DNA from: a virus | Strand: one strand, 5' to 3' | IMG/VR virus record: IMGVR_UViG_3300044632_001278 | DNA: 64,000 nucleotides | Shown: positions 18,094-27,838 of the stretch, in pieces | Layout: every line of letters starts with the position of its first letter | How positions within the stretch are numbered: position 1 is the stretch's first letter | The notes under the pieces: generated by a model | Database searches by the model: none | Told to the model about the DNA's origin: nothing | Seen by the model: the letters and a program-made list of their open reading frames with translations, nothing else | Translations under genes and position numbers: made by a program

Positions 18094-18318
18094 ATGAAAC
18101 GAGATAAAATACTAATTTATTTAGATAAAAAAGGAAAAAACTTTTTGGTATACGAAGAAAAAGATTTACTAGATAATAAAAAGCCTGTAGAATATGTTGA
18201 TAACGGCACCAATTTGTATTTGGATACGTTAAAAGAAAAGTGGGAAATAAAAGAGGTTAATTCATCTAAAAACGAATTGACTTTGAAATTTAAATTGATT
18301 GTACGGAAAACCGAATAA
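18094..18318 (+). CDS. Hypothetical protein
   Basis: 74-aa ORF after TATTTATA (18079). Confidence 0.55.
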   Translation: MKRDKILIYLDKKGKNFLVYEEKDLLDNKKPVEYVDNGTNLYLDTLKEKWEIKEVNSSKNELTLKFKLIVRKTE

Positions 18319-18319
18319 T

Positions 18320-19504
18320 ATGGATGCATTACAAGAATTTTTTGGAATAGAAGCTTTTGACTTTGAGGGAAATAAAAAGAAACTCATAGACAATCTTAAT
18401 TTCTTAAAATCTATGTCTGTGGAAGAACAGACCTTTTACAAAAAATGGTTAGAGATACAAACATGCGAAAACTTGGCGAATAAGGCTAATATTATTAAAG
18501 CTAAGATTTGGACTCCAACTGATATTAACGATGTGTCTTTGACTATTAAAGATATAGAAAATATCAATCCCACCTTAGTTTATGTTGAAACAGATCAACA
18601 AAATGAAGATTGGACTATTCTTCGTATTTTTGGTCATACTATGACATTTGATCAAACTCCAGGTAGATTTATAAAATTTCTTGTAACCGATGGAAATGTT
18701 GACAATCCAAAATATATTGGATGTATTAGTGTTTCTAGTGATGTAATTGCTATTACTGATCGTGACAATTATTTGGGGTGGACATCTGATAATAAGATCA
18801 AAGATAAAAGATTAGCTCATAGTGCTATTGGTAGTTGTATTATGAGTACCCAACCAATTGGTTATAATTTTCTAGGGGGTAAATTAGTAGCTGCTATGAT
18901 TACTACTAGTACTGTTAGAAATATTTGGCAAAAGTTATATAATCAAACACTAGTGGGTATGACAACTACCAGTTTATATGGTAGTTACAGTATGTATAAC
19001 AGTTTAAAATGGTGGCATAAATGTGGTAGTAGTGCTGGGAAAATTTCAATTAAACCAGATGATAATATTTATGAAATTTGGCACGATTGGTTAAAAGACA
19101 TTGATGTTACGGCTTATGACAAGGCACTTACTCAGAAAGAAGGAGTAAGTGGACCTGTTACTGGTGCTAAGTCTCGTATTTTGAGCATGATATTTAGCAA
19201 ATGCTGTATCAAACAAAGCAATTATCAACACGGATATGAACGTGGGGTATACTATAGTTGTTTTTATGAAAATACCAAGGACTTTCTACAAAACAAGATC
19301 AACGACGATCAATTGGTGATGAAAGATCTGTTTAAACGTGATATGCAAGGGGTAATTGATTGGTGGAGACCCAAGGCTATAGAACGATATAAAAAGCTAA
19401 ATAGTGAATCAAATTTAAAGAGTACGATACATTTTTATAACCAAATGTTGGGAATGTCTTATCAAGAGGCTAAAGATACCTATTTCAAAGAAGTTGGTAG
19501 ATAG
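18320..19504 (+). CDS. DUF4338 (Druantia DruA-like) protein
   Basis: PGRFIKFLV, RDNYLGW, QPIGYNFLGGKLVA, TTTSLYG..SMYN; start ATG 18320. Confidence 0.7.
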   Translation: MDALQEFFGIEAFDFEGNKKKLIDNLNFLKSMSVEEQTFYKKWLEIQTCENLANKANIIKAKIWTPTDINDVSLTIKDIENINPTLVYVETDQQNEDWTILRIFGHTMTFDQTPGRFIKFLVTDGNVDNPKYIGCISVSSDVIAITDRDNYLGWTSDNKIKDKRLAHSAIGSCIMSTQPIGYNFLGGKLVAAMITTSTVRNIWQKLYNQTLVGMTTTSLYGSYSMYNSLKWWHKCGSSAGKISIKPDDNIYEIWHDWLKDIDVTAYDKALTQKEGVSGPVTGAKSRILSMIFSKCCIKQSNYQHGYERGVYYSCFYENTKDFLQNKINDDQLVMKDLFKRDMQGVIDWWRPKAIERYKKLNSESNLKSTIHFYNQMLGMSYQEAKDTYFKEVGR

Positions 19505-19562
19505 AATTATTATATTATAAATTACTTTATACATATACTATTTATATTTATAAAAGTAATTT

Positions 19563-20510
19563 ATGGCGAATACCCCAATCAATGCAATGACCGCTACATT
19601 CGGGTCTGGAGATCAGACTGCGATAAAGATGAATGTAGCGGACGCTGGACCATCAGATAGTACAAGTAAACTAATAGATTTGCAACTTGGGAGTGTTACA
19701 AAATTCAAAGTAACCAAATTGGGACAAGTAATTGCTACGAATTTCACAGGTAGTTTCAGTGGTAGCAATTTTATTAAAGATCAGTCTGCTGCAAGTGGTA
19801 CTAAATATCTGGTTTTTTCAAATGGCAGTGGTCAGAAAATTCTTGGATTAGATACATCGTTGTCATATGATGCTTCTTCAAATACATTATCTACTAACGG
19901 CAGTATAAACGCAGGTGGCGATATTGATAGTACCAATGTTTCGCCTTTGTTGTTGGGTACACCTACAACAATAGATTTTGCTAGTGCTGCTACTACAATA
20001 AAAATTGGTACCGGCGCACCTGGAAGTTATACACATTTTTATTCCAAACAAGTAAGAGGTAATTTCACAGGATCTTTCACAGGCAGTTTTAGTGGCAGCA
20101 GAGCTAACTTTAACAAATTAAGCGGTTCTTCTGCTAGAATTTCTGGTAGAGTTATTGCAACTTCAATAACATCTAGTATTAGTGGCAGTAGAGCTAATTT
20201 TAATAAATTAAGTGGTAGCAATGGCAAAATAACAGGCAAATTTACGGCCAACCAATTTACTGGTAGTATTAGTGGTGGTTATGCTGGTTTTACTCAAGTA
20301 ACAGGTGGTTATGCTGGTTTTGATCAAATAACAGGAAGTAGTGGGCGAATCGATGATAAATTATTGGTAAATGGCACATTACAATTGTTTAATGCTATTA
20401 CTGGTTCAAATTCTATGTTTATTAGTGGTGCTGGAAGTCCAATTGCTGGATATGTGGGAATAATGATAGGCGGTACCAAGTATAAGTTGCCTTTGTATCC
20501 GTGGACTTAA
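19563..20510 (+). CDS. Gly/Ser/Thr-rich repetitive structural (fibre-like) protein
   Basis: FTGSFSGS and SGSRANFNKLSGS repeats; double TATTTATA upstream. Confidence 0.6.
   Translation: MANTPINAMTATFGSGDQTAIKMNVADAGPSDSTSKLIDLQLGSVTKFKVTKLGQVIATNFTGSFSGSNFIKDQSAASGTKYLVFSNGSGQKILGLDTSLSYDASSNTLSTNGSINAGGDIDSTNVSPLLLGTPTTIDFASAATTIKIGTGAPGSYTHFYSKQVRGNFTGSFTGSFSGSRANFNKLSGSSARISGRVIATSITSSISGSRANFNKLSGSNGKITGKFTANQFTGSISGGYAGFTQVTGGYAGFDQITGSSGRIDDKLLVNGTLQLFNAITGSNSMFISGAGSPIAGYVGIMIGGTKYKLPLYPWT
20089..20335 (+). repeat. Intragenic direct repeats (90-nt-period pair and 30-nt tandem)
   Basis: AGTGGCAG.AGAGCTAA.TTTAA.AAATTAAG twice, 90 nt apart; GGTGGTTATGCTGGTTTT twice, 30 nt apart. Confidence 0.7.
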
Positions 20511-20513
20511 GAC

Positions 20514-20542
20514 TTGACTTATTATAAATGTGATGGTAAGAT
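20514..20542 (+). promoter_or_regulatory. Early promoter
   Basis: TTGACT-N17-TAAGAT with TGG extension. Confidence 0.65.
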
Positions 20543-20550
20543 AACATAGA

Positions 20551-21462
20551 ATGAAAAAATCTCTATGTTGTATTTCTCTCAAACTGCAAGAACAAAGTGT
20601 TAGAGCTAACACGATGACCAAAACTAAATTTCTTGCTTTGGAACGAAAAGAAGCTTTATCTACCGTTTCAAAACGTACACTTAACAATGTGGTTGTTACA
20701 CGCAAAACTATTGAATTTTGCGGTATTAGAAATTGGAACTATCGAATTAGTAGTGACTTGTTTCCTTTAGCGACTTTACCCGAAGCAAATTTGTCATTTG
20801 ATATTCTGCCAGATTACAATCTAATTGTGCAAGAATTTAAAATTGCTGCTGATATAATTAAAAAATACAATGTTCGGTGCAGTACACATCCAGATCAGTT
20901 TGTTGTACCAGCGAGTGCTACCAAGTCTGTGGTAGAAAAATCTATTGTGGAATTAAAAAACCACGCTTCAATTATGGATTTGTTTGGTTTGCCACAGTCA
21001 TACCAATCTCCAATCAATATTCATATGAATTGTTACAAAGGCAATACCAAGGATATTGCTAAACGATTTATTGATGTATACAATGATTTTCCTGCAAATG
21101 TTAAGTCTCGTCTCGTTCTTGAATTAGAAGATAAACCCAATAGTTGGGGATTGATTAAGCTTTATGATCTGATCTATCAAAAAACAGGAATCCCTATTAC
21201 TTATGACTCACATCATTTTAGATTGAATAATCCAGAAAATATTTCTCCTGAAAAAGCCATCTTAATGTGTATGGAAACTTGGGGTAAATATAAACCATTA
21301 TTTCATTACAGTAATGGCAGATCTGATCCAACAGATCGAGCACATTCAGATTATGTATATATTTTACATAAAGAACTATTTGAAAATGACGTTGATGTAG
21401 AGTTTGAGTTCAAAGCTAAGGATTATGCTATTGAACGGTTTGAAAAAGAATTCAAAATTTGA
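20551..21462 (+). CDS. uvsE: UV-damage endonuclease (UvsE/UVDE)
   Basis: YRISSDLFP, THPDQF, INIH, RLVLELED, YDSHH, FHYS, RAHSDY, EFKAKD. Confidence 0.9.
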   Translation: MKKSLCCISLKLQEQSVRANTMTKTKFLALERKEALSTVSKRTLNNVVVTRKTIEFCGIRNWNYRISSDLFPLATLPEANLSFDILPDYNLIVQEFKIAADIIKKYNVRCSTHPDQFVVPASATKSVVEKSIVELKNHASIMDLFGLPQSYQSPINIHMNCYKGNTKDIAKRFIDVYNDFPANVKSRLVLELEDKPNSWGLIKLYDLIYQKTGIPITYDSHHFRLNNPENISPEKAILMCMETWGKYKPLFHYSNGRSDPTDRAHSDYVYILHKELFENDVDVEFEFKAKDYAIERFEKEFKI

Positions 21463-21473
21463 TTGAAAAGTTG

Positions 21474-21502
21474 TTGACAGTTTGACGGTTGGGTGGTAAG
21501 AT
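21474..21502 (+). promoter_or_regulatory. Strong early promoter
   Basis: TTGACA-N17-TAAGAT with TGG extension. Confidence 0.7.
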
Positions 21503-21568
21503 AAATTTAAGTTAGTGATGAAACTAACGAAACAAAAAACAAACAAAAAAAGAAAGTAAAGAAATAAT

Positions 21569-21772
21569 ATGTATACTCGTACAAATGCTCGTAACAAGAC
21601 TAACTTCGTAGGCCATAACACCACTGGTGTTGAGATTTATCTCTCCACTCCAGTCGCTAAGGCTAAGAAGGCCTCACGCTTGACTCTACGTGCTGGTAAT
21701 AGCCGAGTTGACCTAACCGGTCGTCAGATCAATGCTCTACGTGAAGTATTGAGCACTGCTTATAAGGCTTAA
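21569..21772 (+). CDS. Small basic early protein
   Basis: 67 aa; biased codons (CGT, AAG, CTA); long A-rich leader after a consensus promoter. Confidence 0.7.
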   Translation: MYTRTNARNKTNFVGHNTTGVEIYLSTPVAKAKKASRLTLRAGNSRVDLTGRQINALREVLSTAYKA

Positions 21773-21786
21773 TTTGAAATAAATGT

Positions 21787-21822
21787 TAACTCGTACTTGT
21801 AAATAGTTATAAGTATGAGTTA
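21787..21822 (+). promoter_or_regulatory. 16-bp hairpin sequestering start codon 21815
   Basis: TAACTCGTACTTGTAA-ATAG-TTATAAGTATGAGTTA (two G:U pairs). Confidence 0.6.
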
Positions 21823-22066
21823 TATTTTTAATAGTCAAGTATTGATATGGCTACTACTCATAATAGTAGCCATATTTTCTTTTTTCAATTTCTATCTGTT
21901 TATTAAATTATTAAGAAAATTTGATGACCACCAAATTCTCACAGTTGATGCATTGGAGTTATTAAATTTAAAAAATAATAAAATATCAAAAGACATTGAA
22001 GTTTTGGCAAAACGTAGTAGAATATTGAATAATGAAAGCAAAGAAAACATCCGAAAACAAAGTTAA
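21815..22066 (+). CDS. Small single-pass membrane protein
   Basis: Hydrophobic N-terminal helix then a coiled-coil-like charged tail. Confidence 0.6.
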   Translation: MSYIFNSQVLIWLLLIIVAIFSFFNFYLFIKLLRKFDDHQILTVDALELLNLKNNKISKDIEVLAKRSRILNNESKENIRKQS

Positions 22067-22505
22067 AGTTCGTGGTTTATTTGATCATGTAAATCATATT
22101 CGGGAGGTAAAAAACAAAAACTACTACACTTCTCTTTCTGAAGAGGAGAAGAAGTCTTTCAACAAATATATGTTGATTAGATTCTTAAGTATGGATGCTG
22201 ATATTATAGAAGAAGTATCTTTTATATCCAAACATTTTCAGAACATTCCAGAAGAACAATTTTATCAAGTATTGATTGATTTGGTACCAAAAGGTAGAAA
22301 GTTCTGTAAGTATATCAAGAATAGTACCGAGGGTATTAATAATACAATACTAGATTGCATCTGTGACAAATATAAAATTGGCAAACGTGATGCAATAGAC
22401 TATTATAGTGTTTATACTGCTTCTGACAACAACTTAAAAGAATTATGTGAGTTGATCCAAGGTTTTGGATATAGCGAGAAAGAAGTGGAGAATTTATTTA
22501 AATAA
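22032..22505 (+). CDS. T4 gp62-like clamp loader small subunit
   Basis: FNKYMLIRFLSM...QFYQVLIDLVPKGRKFCKYIK pattern. Confidence 0.6.
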   Translation: MKAKKTSENKVKVRGLFDHVNHIREVKNKNYYTSLSEEEKKSFNKYMLIRFLSMDADIIEEVSFISKHFQNIPEEQFYQVLIDLVPKGRKFCKYIKNSTEGINNTILDCICDKYKIGKRDAIDYYSVYTASDNNLKELCELIQGFGYSEKEVENLFK

Positions 22506-22506
22506 T

Positions 22507-23148
22507 ATGAAAATTATAGGTGTATCTGGATTTGCTCGTAGTGGTAAAGATTTATTTACTACTGTTGCTCAAAAACTTTTGATTGAACAAGGTCTCAAAA
22601 CCGAAAAGTATGCATTGGCATATGAGTTGAAGAACGATTTAAAAGATCTTATCAAGTCCAAGGTGGGTATTGATGTATTTACAGAGAACACCAATGAGAA
22701 GAATATTATTAGACCACTATTGGTTGCTTATGGTGATGTTATGAGAAAGGTATCTGAGGGTAGATATTGGACTGGTAAAATTGAAGAAAAGATTAAACAA
22801 TCTACTGCAGATGTGGTTTTTATAACTGATATCAGATACGATGTGTATCCACAAGATGAATGTACTTGGTTGCAACAAAAACAAAGTGGTAAGTTAGTTC
22901 ATATTACCAAATACAAACAAGAACCTGTACCTTCAGGCAGAAGGTTTAGTAAAAACAAAATAGTTAAGATTTATAATTCAGCGCCAAACGATCACGAAAT
23001 GATCAATGATCCAAAAGTAAAAGCAAAAGCAGACTGCGCTTTTGAATGGGAAGATTGTAGTGATAAATTGAATGGATCTATATTGGAGGAGTATCCCTAC
23101 ATCAGAGAAAATGTTTTAAATGCGTTGAAGGTTATTAACGCAATTTGA
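22507..23148 (+). CDS. Deoxynucleoside monophosphate kinase-like P-loop kinase
   Basis: IIGVSGFARSGKD, RPLLVAYG, FITDIRY. Confidence 0.75.
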   Translation: MKIIGVSGFARSGKDLFTTVAQKLLIEQGLKTEKYALAYELKNDLKDLIKSKVGIDVFTENTNEKNIIRPLLVAYGDVMRKVSEGRYWTGKIEEKIKQSTADVVFITDIRYDVYPQDECTWLQQKQSGKLVHITKYKQEPVPSGRRFSKNKIVKIYNSAPNDHEMINDPKVKAKADCAFEWEDCSDKLNGSILEEYPYIRENVLNALKVINAI

Positions 23149-23416
23149 GTTTGGTAATCAAATTATGACCACTGTGATAGAATATAATTTCTTCATCAGT
23201 GGTTTTTGTTTTAAAGTAATCAACCAAAGAAGGAGCTACGGCTGTAACTGTATTAATGTAAATTTTATTACATTCATCGTGCTTTAGTGTTTTTCTTTGT
23301 TTTTGACACGAACAGATTTTATCAAATGTTTGTATACAATTTGTTAAAGGCGCAAATGCGCCGATATTATCTTTGGATACCAAATTGTTTAATGCAACAA
23401 AACTTCCTATAATCAT
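23135..23416 (-). CDS. Hypothetical Cys-containing protein
   Basis: 93-aa ORF; last gene of the minus-strand operon. Confidence 0.6.
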   Translation of the reverse strand: MIIGSFVALNNLVSKDNIGAFAPLTNCIQTFDKICSCQKQRKTLKHDECNKIYINTVTAVAPSLVDYFKTKTTDEEIIFYHSGHNLITKLKLR

Positions 23417-23790
23417 AATAATTTATTTATTATTAAATATAAAAACAAACTGAAAATGTAGTTAATTGGAAACAACATAATTGCATAGTATAACGGATAG
23501 TTTAAAACTAATAGTAATATACCCACGCTAAATAAGCTCGACCAAAAACACAAACAAATCACACAACTTATTAATTTAGTAAAATAACCTGGGTATTCAG
23601 CATATAAAAAATTGGGATATGTTGACATTGGATCCACGGTTGATTTATACAATTGGTATTCATCTATTTTTAATAGACGTTTAGTGTTTGTTAATTTAGC
23701 GATTGTGTGTACTATATCGCTGTTTAACCAAATCACCAAAATGAATGATACCCAAAATATAAGCGGTATATTGTAATCAGTTAAGTTCAT
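23413..23790 (-). CDS. Membrane protein with CxxC
   Basis: Hydrophobic segments; KLISCVICLCFW. Confidence 0.6.
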   Translation of the reverse strand: MNLTDYNIPLIFWVSFILVIWLNSDIVHTIAKLTNTKRLLKIDEYQLYKSTVDPMSTYPNFLYAEYPGYFTKLISCVICLCFWSSLFSVGILLLVLNYPLYYAIMLFPINYIFSLFLYLIINKLL

Positions 23791-23957
23791 TTTTTTATAA
23801 GATCGTAAATGTAGTTACCTAATATTTGAAAAAACAAGTTGTACGCAATTAATAAACATAAGAAAAATACTATTTCCAAATGATCTAATTTACCATTTTG
23901 ATTTATATCAAAATACTTTAAGAACGTATTTTTCCAAATTTCTATCAATTTTTTCAT
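23787..23957 (-). CDS. 56-aa EF-hand plus transmembrane microprotein (not in ORF track)
   Basis: MKKLIEIWKNTFLKYF-DINQNGKLDHLE-IVFFLCLLIAYNLFFQILG...; ATGA overlaps at both ends. Confidence 0.7.
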   Translation of the reverse strand: MKKLIEIWKNTFLKYFDINQNGKLDHLEIVFFLCLLIAYNLFFQILGNYIYDLIKK

Positions 23958-25156
23958 AACAATTTTTTGTTATACCATTCGTCTTTTATTTCAATTAATT
24001 GTTTGCTATAATCTTGTAATTTATTAATGTGCAGTTTGAAGATGTCAAATTCTAAAGTGCCTATTTGACCGCTATCTTCTAACATCAGTTGAATCATATT
24101 GAAAAATTCAAAACTTTCATTTGATAACTTAGTTGCATCAAACTCTACGATGATATCATTTGTTTTTGGTACTTCATATCGTTTGAGTTTTTTATTCAAA
24201 TCAAACTTGGTATTTTTCTGTTCGATATTAATATAACGGTCATATGGTACATCGGTATAAATGGTGTCACACCAAGGTTCCAACAAAGCCAATTTGTATT
24301 CGTCACAGTTACGTACTACAAATCCAACATCATAACGTTTTGGCACAATTGGCTTCATAGTATCATTGTGTTTAACAAAGTGTCCCCATTTACGAATAAA
24401 GTTTCTGGCACTTCGATTGTTTTGTGCCAACCATTCGTCGCTTTCTTTGCCAACTGTGGTTAGAGTTGGATTATATCTACTTCCTCTACAGGTCATATGA
24501 TATACACATCCCTCCCACGTTTGTACAAACTTATATCCATTTAATAGGAAACGGTTAAAAATATCACTATCTTCTTTGCTCTGAGGAGCATAAAGATCAT
24601 CGTGACCACCAATTGATTGAAAATCCTTCTTATAAAGGGCCCATGGCGCAAAGATTCCTTCTGTGGTTTTATCTTTTCTGGTCAAACGGGTATCATTGAA
24701 CCATTTCAATAATCCAGCTTCATTAAACTCTTCTGGCTCAGTTCCAAATGCTTGAACGATCTTTTCTGGTCCGGGAGGATGTAAAGGTGGTTCAATACGA
24801 GTTAGACTTACGATTGTGCCTGGTTGAATATACTTTTCTACATATTTATCAAAGTTAGGACAGGCGTACATATCAGCGTGATAGATCATCACAACCTCAT
24901 TGGTAGCAACTTCATTTATAAGACGGTCGTATAGAATTGTGTGACCCAATCTGGTTGGTCCGTGGTTACGTATGAACTTAAAGTATGGATCTTTAGCTGC
25001 AGTTTCTTTACACCATTCCAAGGTGCCGTCGTTACTAAAATCGTCAGCTACGCAAACTTCGTGTTCTTTATGACTTAAATTTTTACGAATAGCTTCGTAA
25101 CTCCACTTAAGATATTTTAAGTTGTTTCTGCTGGGTTGGATAAAACTAATTTTCAT
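23954..25156 (-). CDS. Glycosyltransferase family 2
   Basis: ISFIQPSRN, VADDFSNDGT, YHADM, EDSD, YH. Confidence 0.85.
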   Translation of the reverse strand: MKISFIQPSRNNLKYLKWSYEAIRKNLSHKEHEVCVADDFSNDGTLEWCKETAAKDPYFKFIRNHGPTRLGHTILYDRLINEVATNEVVMIYHADMYACPNFDKYVEKYIQPGTIVSLTRIEPPLHPPGPEKIVQAFGTEPEEFNEAGLLKWFNDTRLTRKDKTTEGIFAPWALYKKDFQSIGGHDDLYAPQSKEDSDIFNRFLLNGYKFVQTWEGCVYHMTCRGSRYNPTLTTVGKESDEWLAQNNRSARNFIRKWGHFVKHNDTMKPIVPKRYDVGFVVRNCDEYKLALLEPWCDTIYTDVPYDRYINIEQKNTKFDLNKKLKRYEVPKTNDIIVEFDATKLSNESFEFFNMIQLMLEDSGQIGTLEFDIFKLHINKLQDYSKQLIEIKDEWYNKKLL

Positions 25157-25158
25157 AT

Positions 25159-26103
25159 TTAAAACTGTATTTTTATTTGATGCATCAATTCACTATAATC
25201 GTGGATTCCTGTCTTTACAACACTTTTGTCTATTACAGGAATAACGTTAGCGTTTGAAAGCTTACGGAAATAACTATTAGGCCCAAAGTAATTAGGGCGT
25301 AATTCTTTTCCCTTATGTATATAACTAATAACTGTGCCTCCAAAAAGTGAAGATAATATTGAATTTCCGCCACAAACTGTAACAAATCTGCTGCAATTTG
25401 CCATTAATTTAAGTTGGGTTTCATTGTAACTATACTTTGATTGTTTTACCAAATCGTCTATTAAAATTACATTATCAAAATATTTGCACAATTCAAAGTC
25501 TGTTATAGTTCCAATTCCTTCTACATTAGCTTTAATATCGTGGTAACCTTGTTGTAATGAATTGTATTCGTTTTGGTCTATAGTAAATTCTTTTTCTTTA
25601 TTAGTAGCTCTCTTGTATATTACAAGATATCCTTTTTCTTTAAAATAATCAAACATTTCATATAAACAAGGAATGTTAAAATATCCCAGAGGAATTTCTC
25701 CGTGTTCCATATTATATTTGTTTGTTATAAATACCACGGGTTTATCAAATTTATATTCGTCGTTTTGATAATATTCTTTAAAAGGAGGACTAGACCACTT
25801 GGTGTAATCCAACACACCATTAACTTGTTCTTGTTCTTCAGTTGTTAGATGGTGATATTCTTTGCCTGTAACTGCTAGTGAGTTATGGTGAATCCATTTA
25901 TTTGGCACTTCTGCTAACGCCAGATTATTATCGATTGTTCTGGTTAGAAATTCTTCTTTTACATTGTCACAGAAGAAATAGTATGGTCTCATTCCTTTAC
26001 TAGTAACTACACCATCCAATTGTTTGTTTTGATGTAACCAATAAGCAAAAGGTATAGCTAGTGCCAATTCAATGCCAAATTCTGGATTTACTTTGAGTAT
26101 CAT
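25159..26103 (-). CDS. Hypothetical protein, probable glycosyltransferase-like
   Basis: 314 aa in glyco operon; GT-B-like C-terminal QLKLMANCSRFVTVCGG. Confidence 0.5.
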   Translation of the reverse strand: MILKVNPEFGIELALAIPFAYWLHQNKQLDGVVTSKGMRPYYFFCDNVKEEFLTRTIDNNLALAEVPNKWIHHNSLAVTGKEYHHLTTEEQEQVNGVLDYTKWSSPPFKEYYQNDEYKFDKPVVFITNKYNMEHGEIPLGYFNIPCLYEMFDYFKEKGYLVIYKRATNKEKEFTIDQNEYNSLQQGYHDIKANVEGIGTITDFELCKYFDNVILIDDLVKQSKYSYNETQLKLMANCSRFVTVCGGNSILSSLFGGTVISYIHKGKELRPNYFGPNSYFRKLSNANVIPVIDKSVVKTGIHDYSELMHQIKIQF

Positions 26104-26104
26104 A

Positions 26105-27181
26105 TTAAGTACATTTATCGTCTACGCAAATACCTTCTTTTAGAATAGCTGCAGTTGCTAGTCTCTTTGAATGTTTTTCGATAACATATTCTGATAACGA
26201 TTCATCTGATTTTTCCAACCCCAGTGCTTTTCTATAACTAATAGAGATTGGTCGTCCGTGATCTTTTTCTGCTAATTTATTTTTAGCAGCTACTTGACAC
26301 ATTTTACACATATCCCACATTCCTGATTTTTTATTAATTTCAGCGTTACCTTTTTCATTTACGCCGGACCAATCTGTAAAATCATCAGGCAAATCTTTAC
26401 GGTTGTATCCATTTAATTTGAACAATCTCGCTATAGCAGATCCATTTGAACAAGGCCAATATCCATCAAATGAATAATTTACCCCACATCTATTTGGAAT
26501 ATTGCACTGTGGAATCATTTCTTGACCAGAATCATATGGAGCCACTAAGCTACAACGATGTATTTCTCCTTTTTCATCTAGTGGGGTGAAATTAGTAACT
26601 GGTATGCCTCTGAAAAAGTTTACTTTTGATAGTAACTCTGTCAGTGATACTTGATTTGGCATTTCAAATACTAGTTTATCCAGATTGGGAATCAATTGAT
26701 CTTTTGTGATTTGACTATCATTTAGATATTGTGCAATTGATTTGAAAATAGGACTTATGTGATCGATGTATGATAACTTAATCTTATCAACTTTATCAAA
26801 TGGGAAATACTTGATAACACGATCTGGAGTGTCTAAAGTACCCGCCTTTAACATTTTGGGGTGTAAATTTGAAATAATAACAATGTTTGGAACTGGATCT
26901 CCCCACAAATTATCACGTAGTCTATCTACTATATCAGAAATATTTGGATGCGTCAGTGGTTCGCCTCCAATGATATGTATTCTTTCAATTTTACCTTGTC
27001 TTTTACAATCGGATATCAATTTATCAACGTGATCCATTGTTACGTTGGTATTTTCATAGTAATTAAGACCAGCTGCATTATCTTTGTCAAATGGATCTGT
27101 TAATGCATTAAAATTACTATGTCTATTACAACTAGGACAACTAAAATTACATTGCAGTGTTACGTCAAATTCAATATTCAT
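26105..27181 (-). CDS. Radical SAM protein
   Basis: CNFSCPSC, IIGGEPLTHP, C-terminal Cys cluster. Confidence 0.85.
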   Translation of the reverse strand: MNIEFDVTLQCNFSCPSCNRHSNFNALTDPFDKDNAAGLNYYENTNVTMDHVDKLISDCKRQGKIERIHIIGGEPLTHPNISDIVDRLRDNLWGDPVPNIVIISNLHPKMLKAGTLDTPDRVIKYFPFDKVDKIKLSYIDHISPIFKSIAQYLNDSQITKDQLIPNLDKLVFEMPNQVSLTELLSKVNFFRGIPVTNFTPLDEKGEIHRCSLVAPYDSGQEMIPQCNIPNRCGVNYSFDGYWPCSNGSAIARLFKLNGYNRKDLPDDFTDWSGVNEKGNAEINKKSGMWDMCKMCQVAAKNKLAEKDHGRPISISYRKALGLEKSDESLSEYVIEKHSKRLATAAILKEGICVDDKCT

Positions 27182-27837
27182 AGGTGTGCGTTTATCATTT
27201 TCAGTACCTTAAAAGCCTCTGCATATTTACATTGACCTTGTATACCTCTAAATCTTGCTAGTATTTCTAGGTTAGATTTTACATTTAATCCAACTTTTTC
27301 ATATTTTGAAATCTGACTTCTATGACACATAGAAGCTTCAATTTTCTTATCAAATGCGTTATCTATATTTTCATAGTAATTTATATCCATTTGATTCTCT
27401 GTCATTCTGGAAATGGGTATTTGTTCATAACATAATACGTTGGGAACATATCGAGCAGCTGCCATCGTAGTCTTGAATGTGGAAATATGGTCTTGATTTG
27501 CATCTCCGGCCCAATGTGTATAAATTGTATTTACTTTGTGCTTTTTAATCAAGCTTTCAAGTTTACTTACCGAGTCAAAACTAAAAGGCACGTGTAAGTC
27601 TTTGAACGGTAAGAACTCCACATCGTCACATTGCAACACCTTAGACGCATTAATGGTTTCCAGTTTATTTTCTTCTGCGGTTCTTAATAATGTTCCATTA
27701 GTACCGTCCACAGATTCTGTGTTGGTCATACACACGTATACTACGTAATCGCCTTTTAATTTGTGATTGTACAGTGTACCACCACAACCAAATTCAATAT
27801 CATCAGGATGTGCTCCTATTGCCATTACACGTTTCAT
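27178..27837 (-). CDS. PIG-L/LmbE family N-acetyl-sugar deacetylase
   Basis: AHPDDIEFGCGG, QDH, HRSQ, AEAF. Confidence 0.88.
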   Translation of the reverse strand: MKRVMAIGAHPDDIEFGCGGTLYNHKLKGDYVVYVCMTNTESVDGTNGTLLRTAEENKLETINASKVLQCDDVEFLPFKDLHVPFSFDSVSKLESLIKKHKVNTIYTHWAGDANQDHISTFKTTMAAARYVPNVLCYEQIPISRMTENQMDINYYENIDNAFDKKIEASMCHRSQISKYEKVGLNVKSNLEILARFRGIQGQCKYAEAFKVLKMINAHL

Positions 27838-27838
27838 A

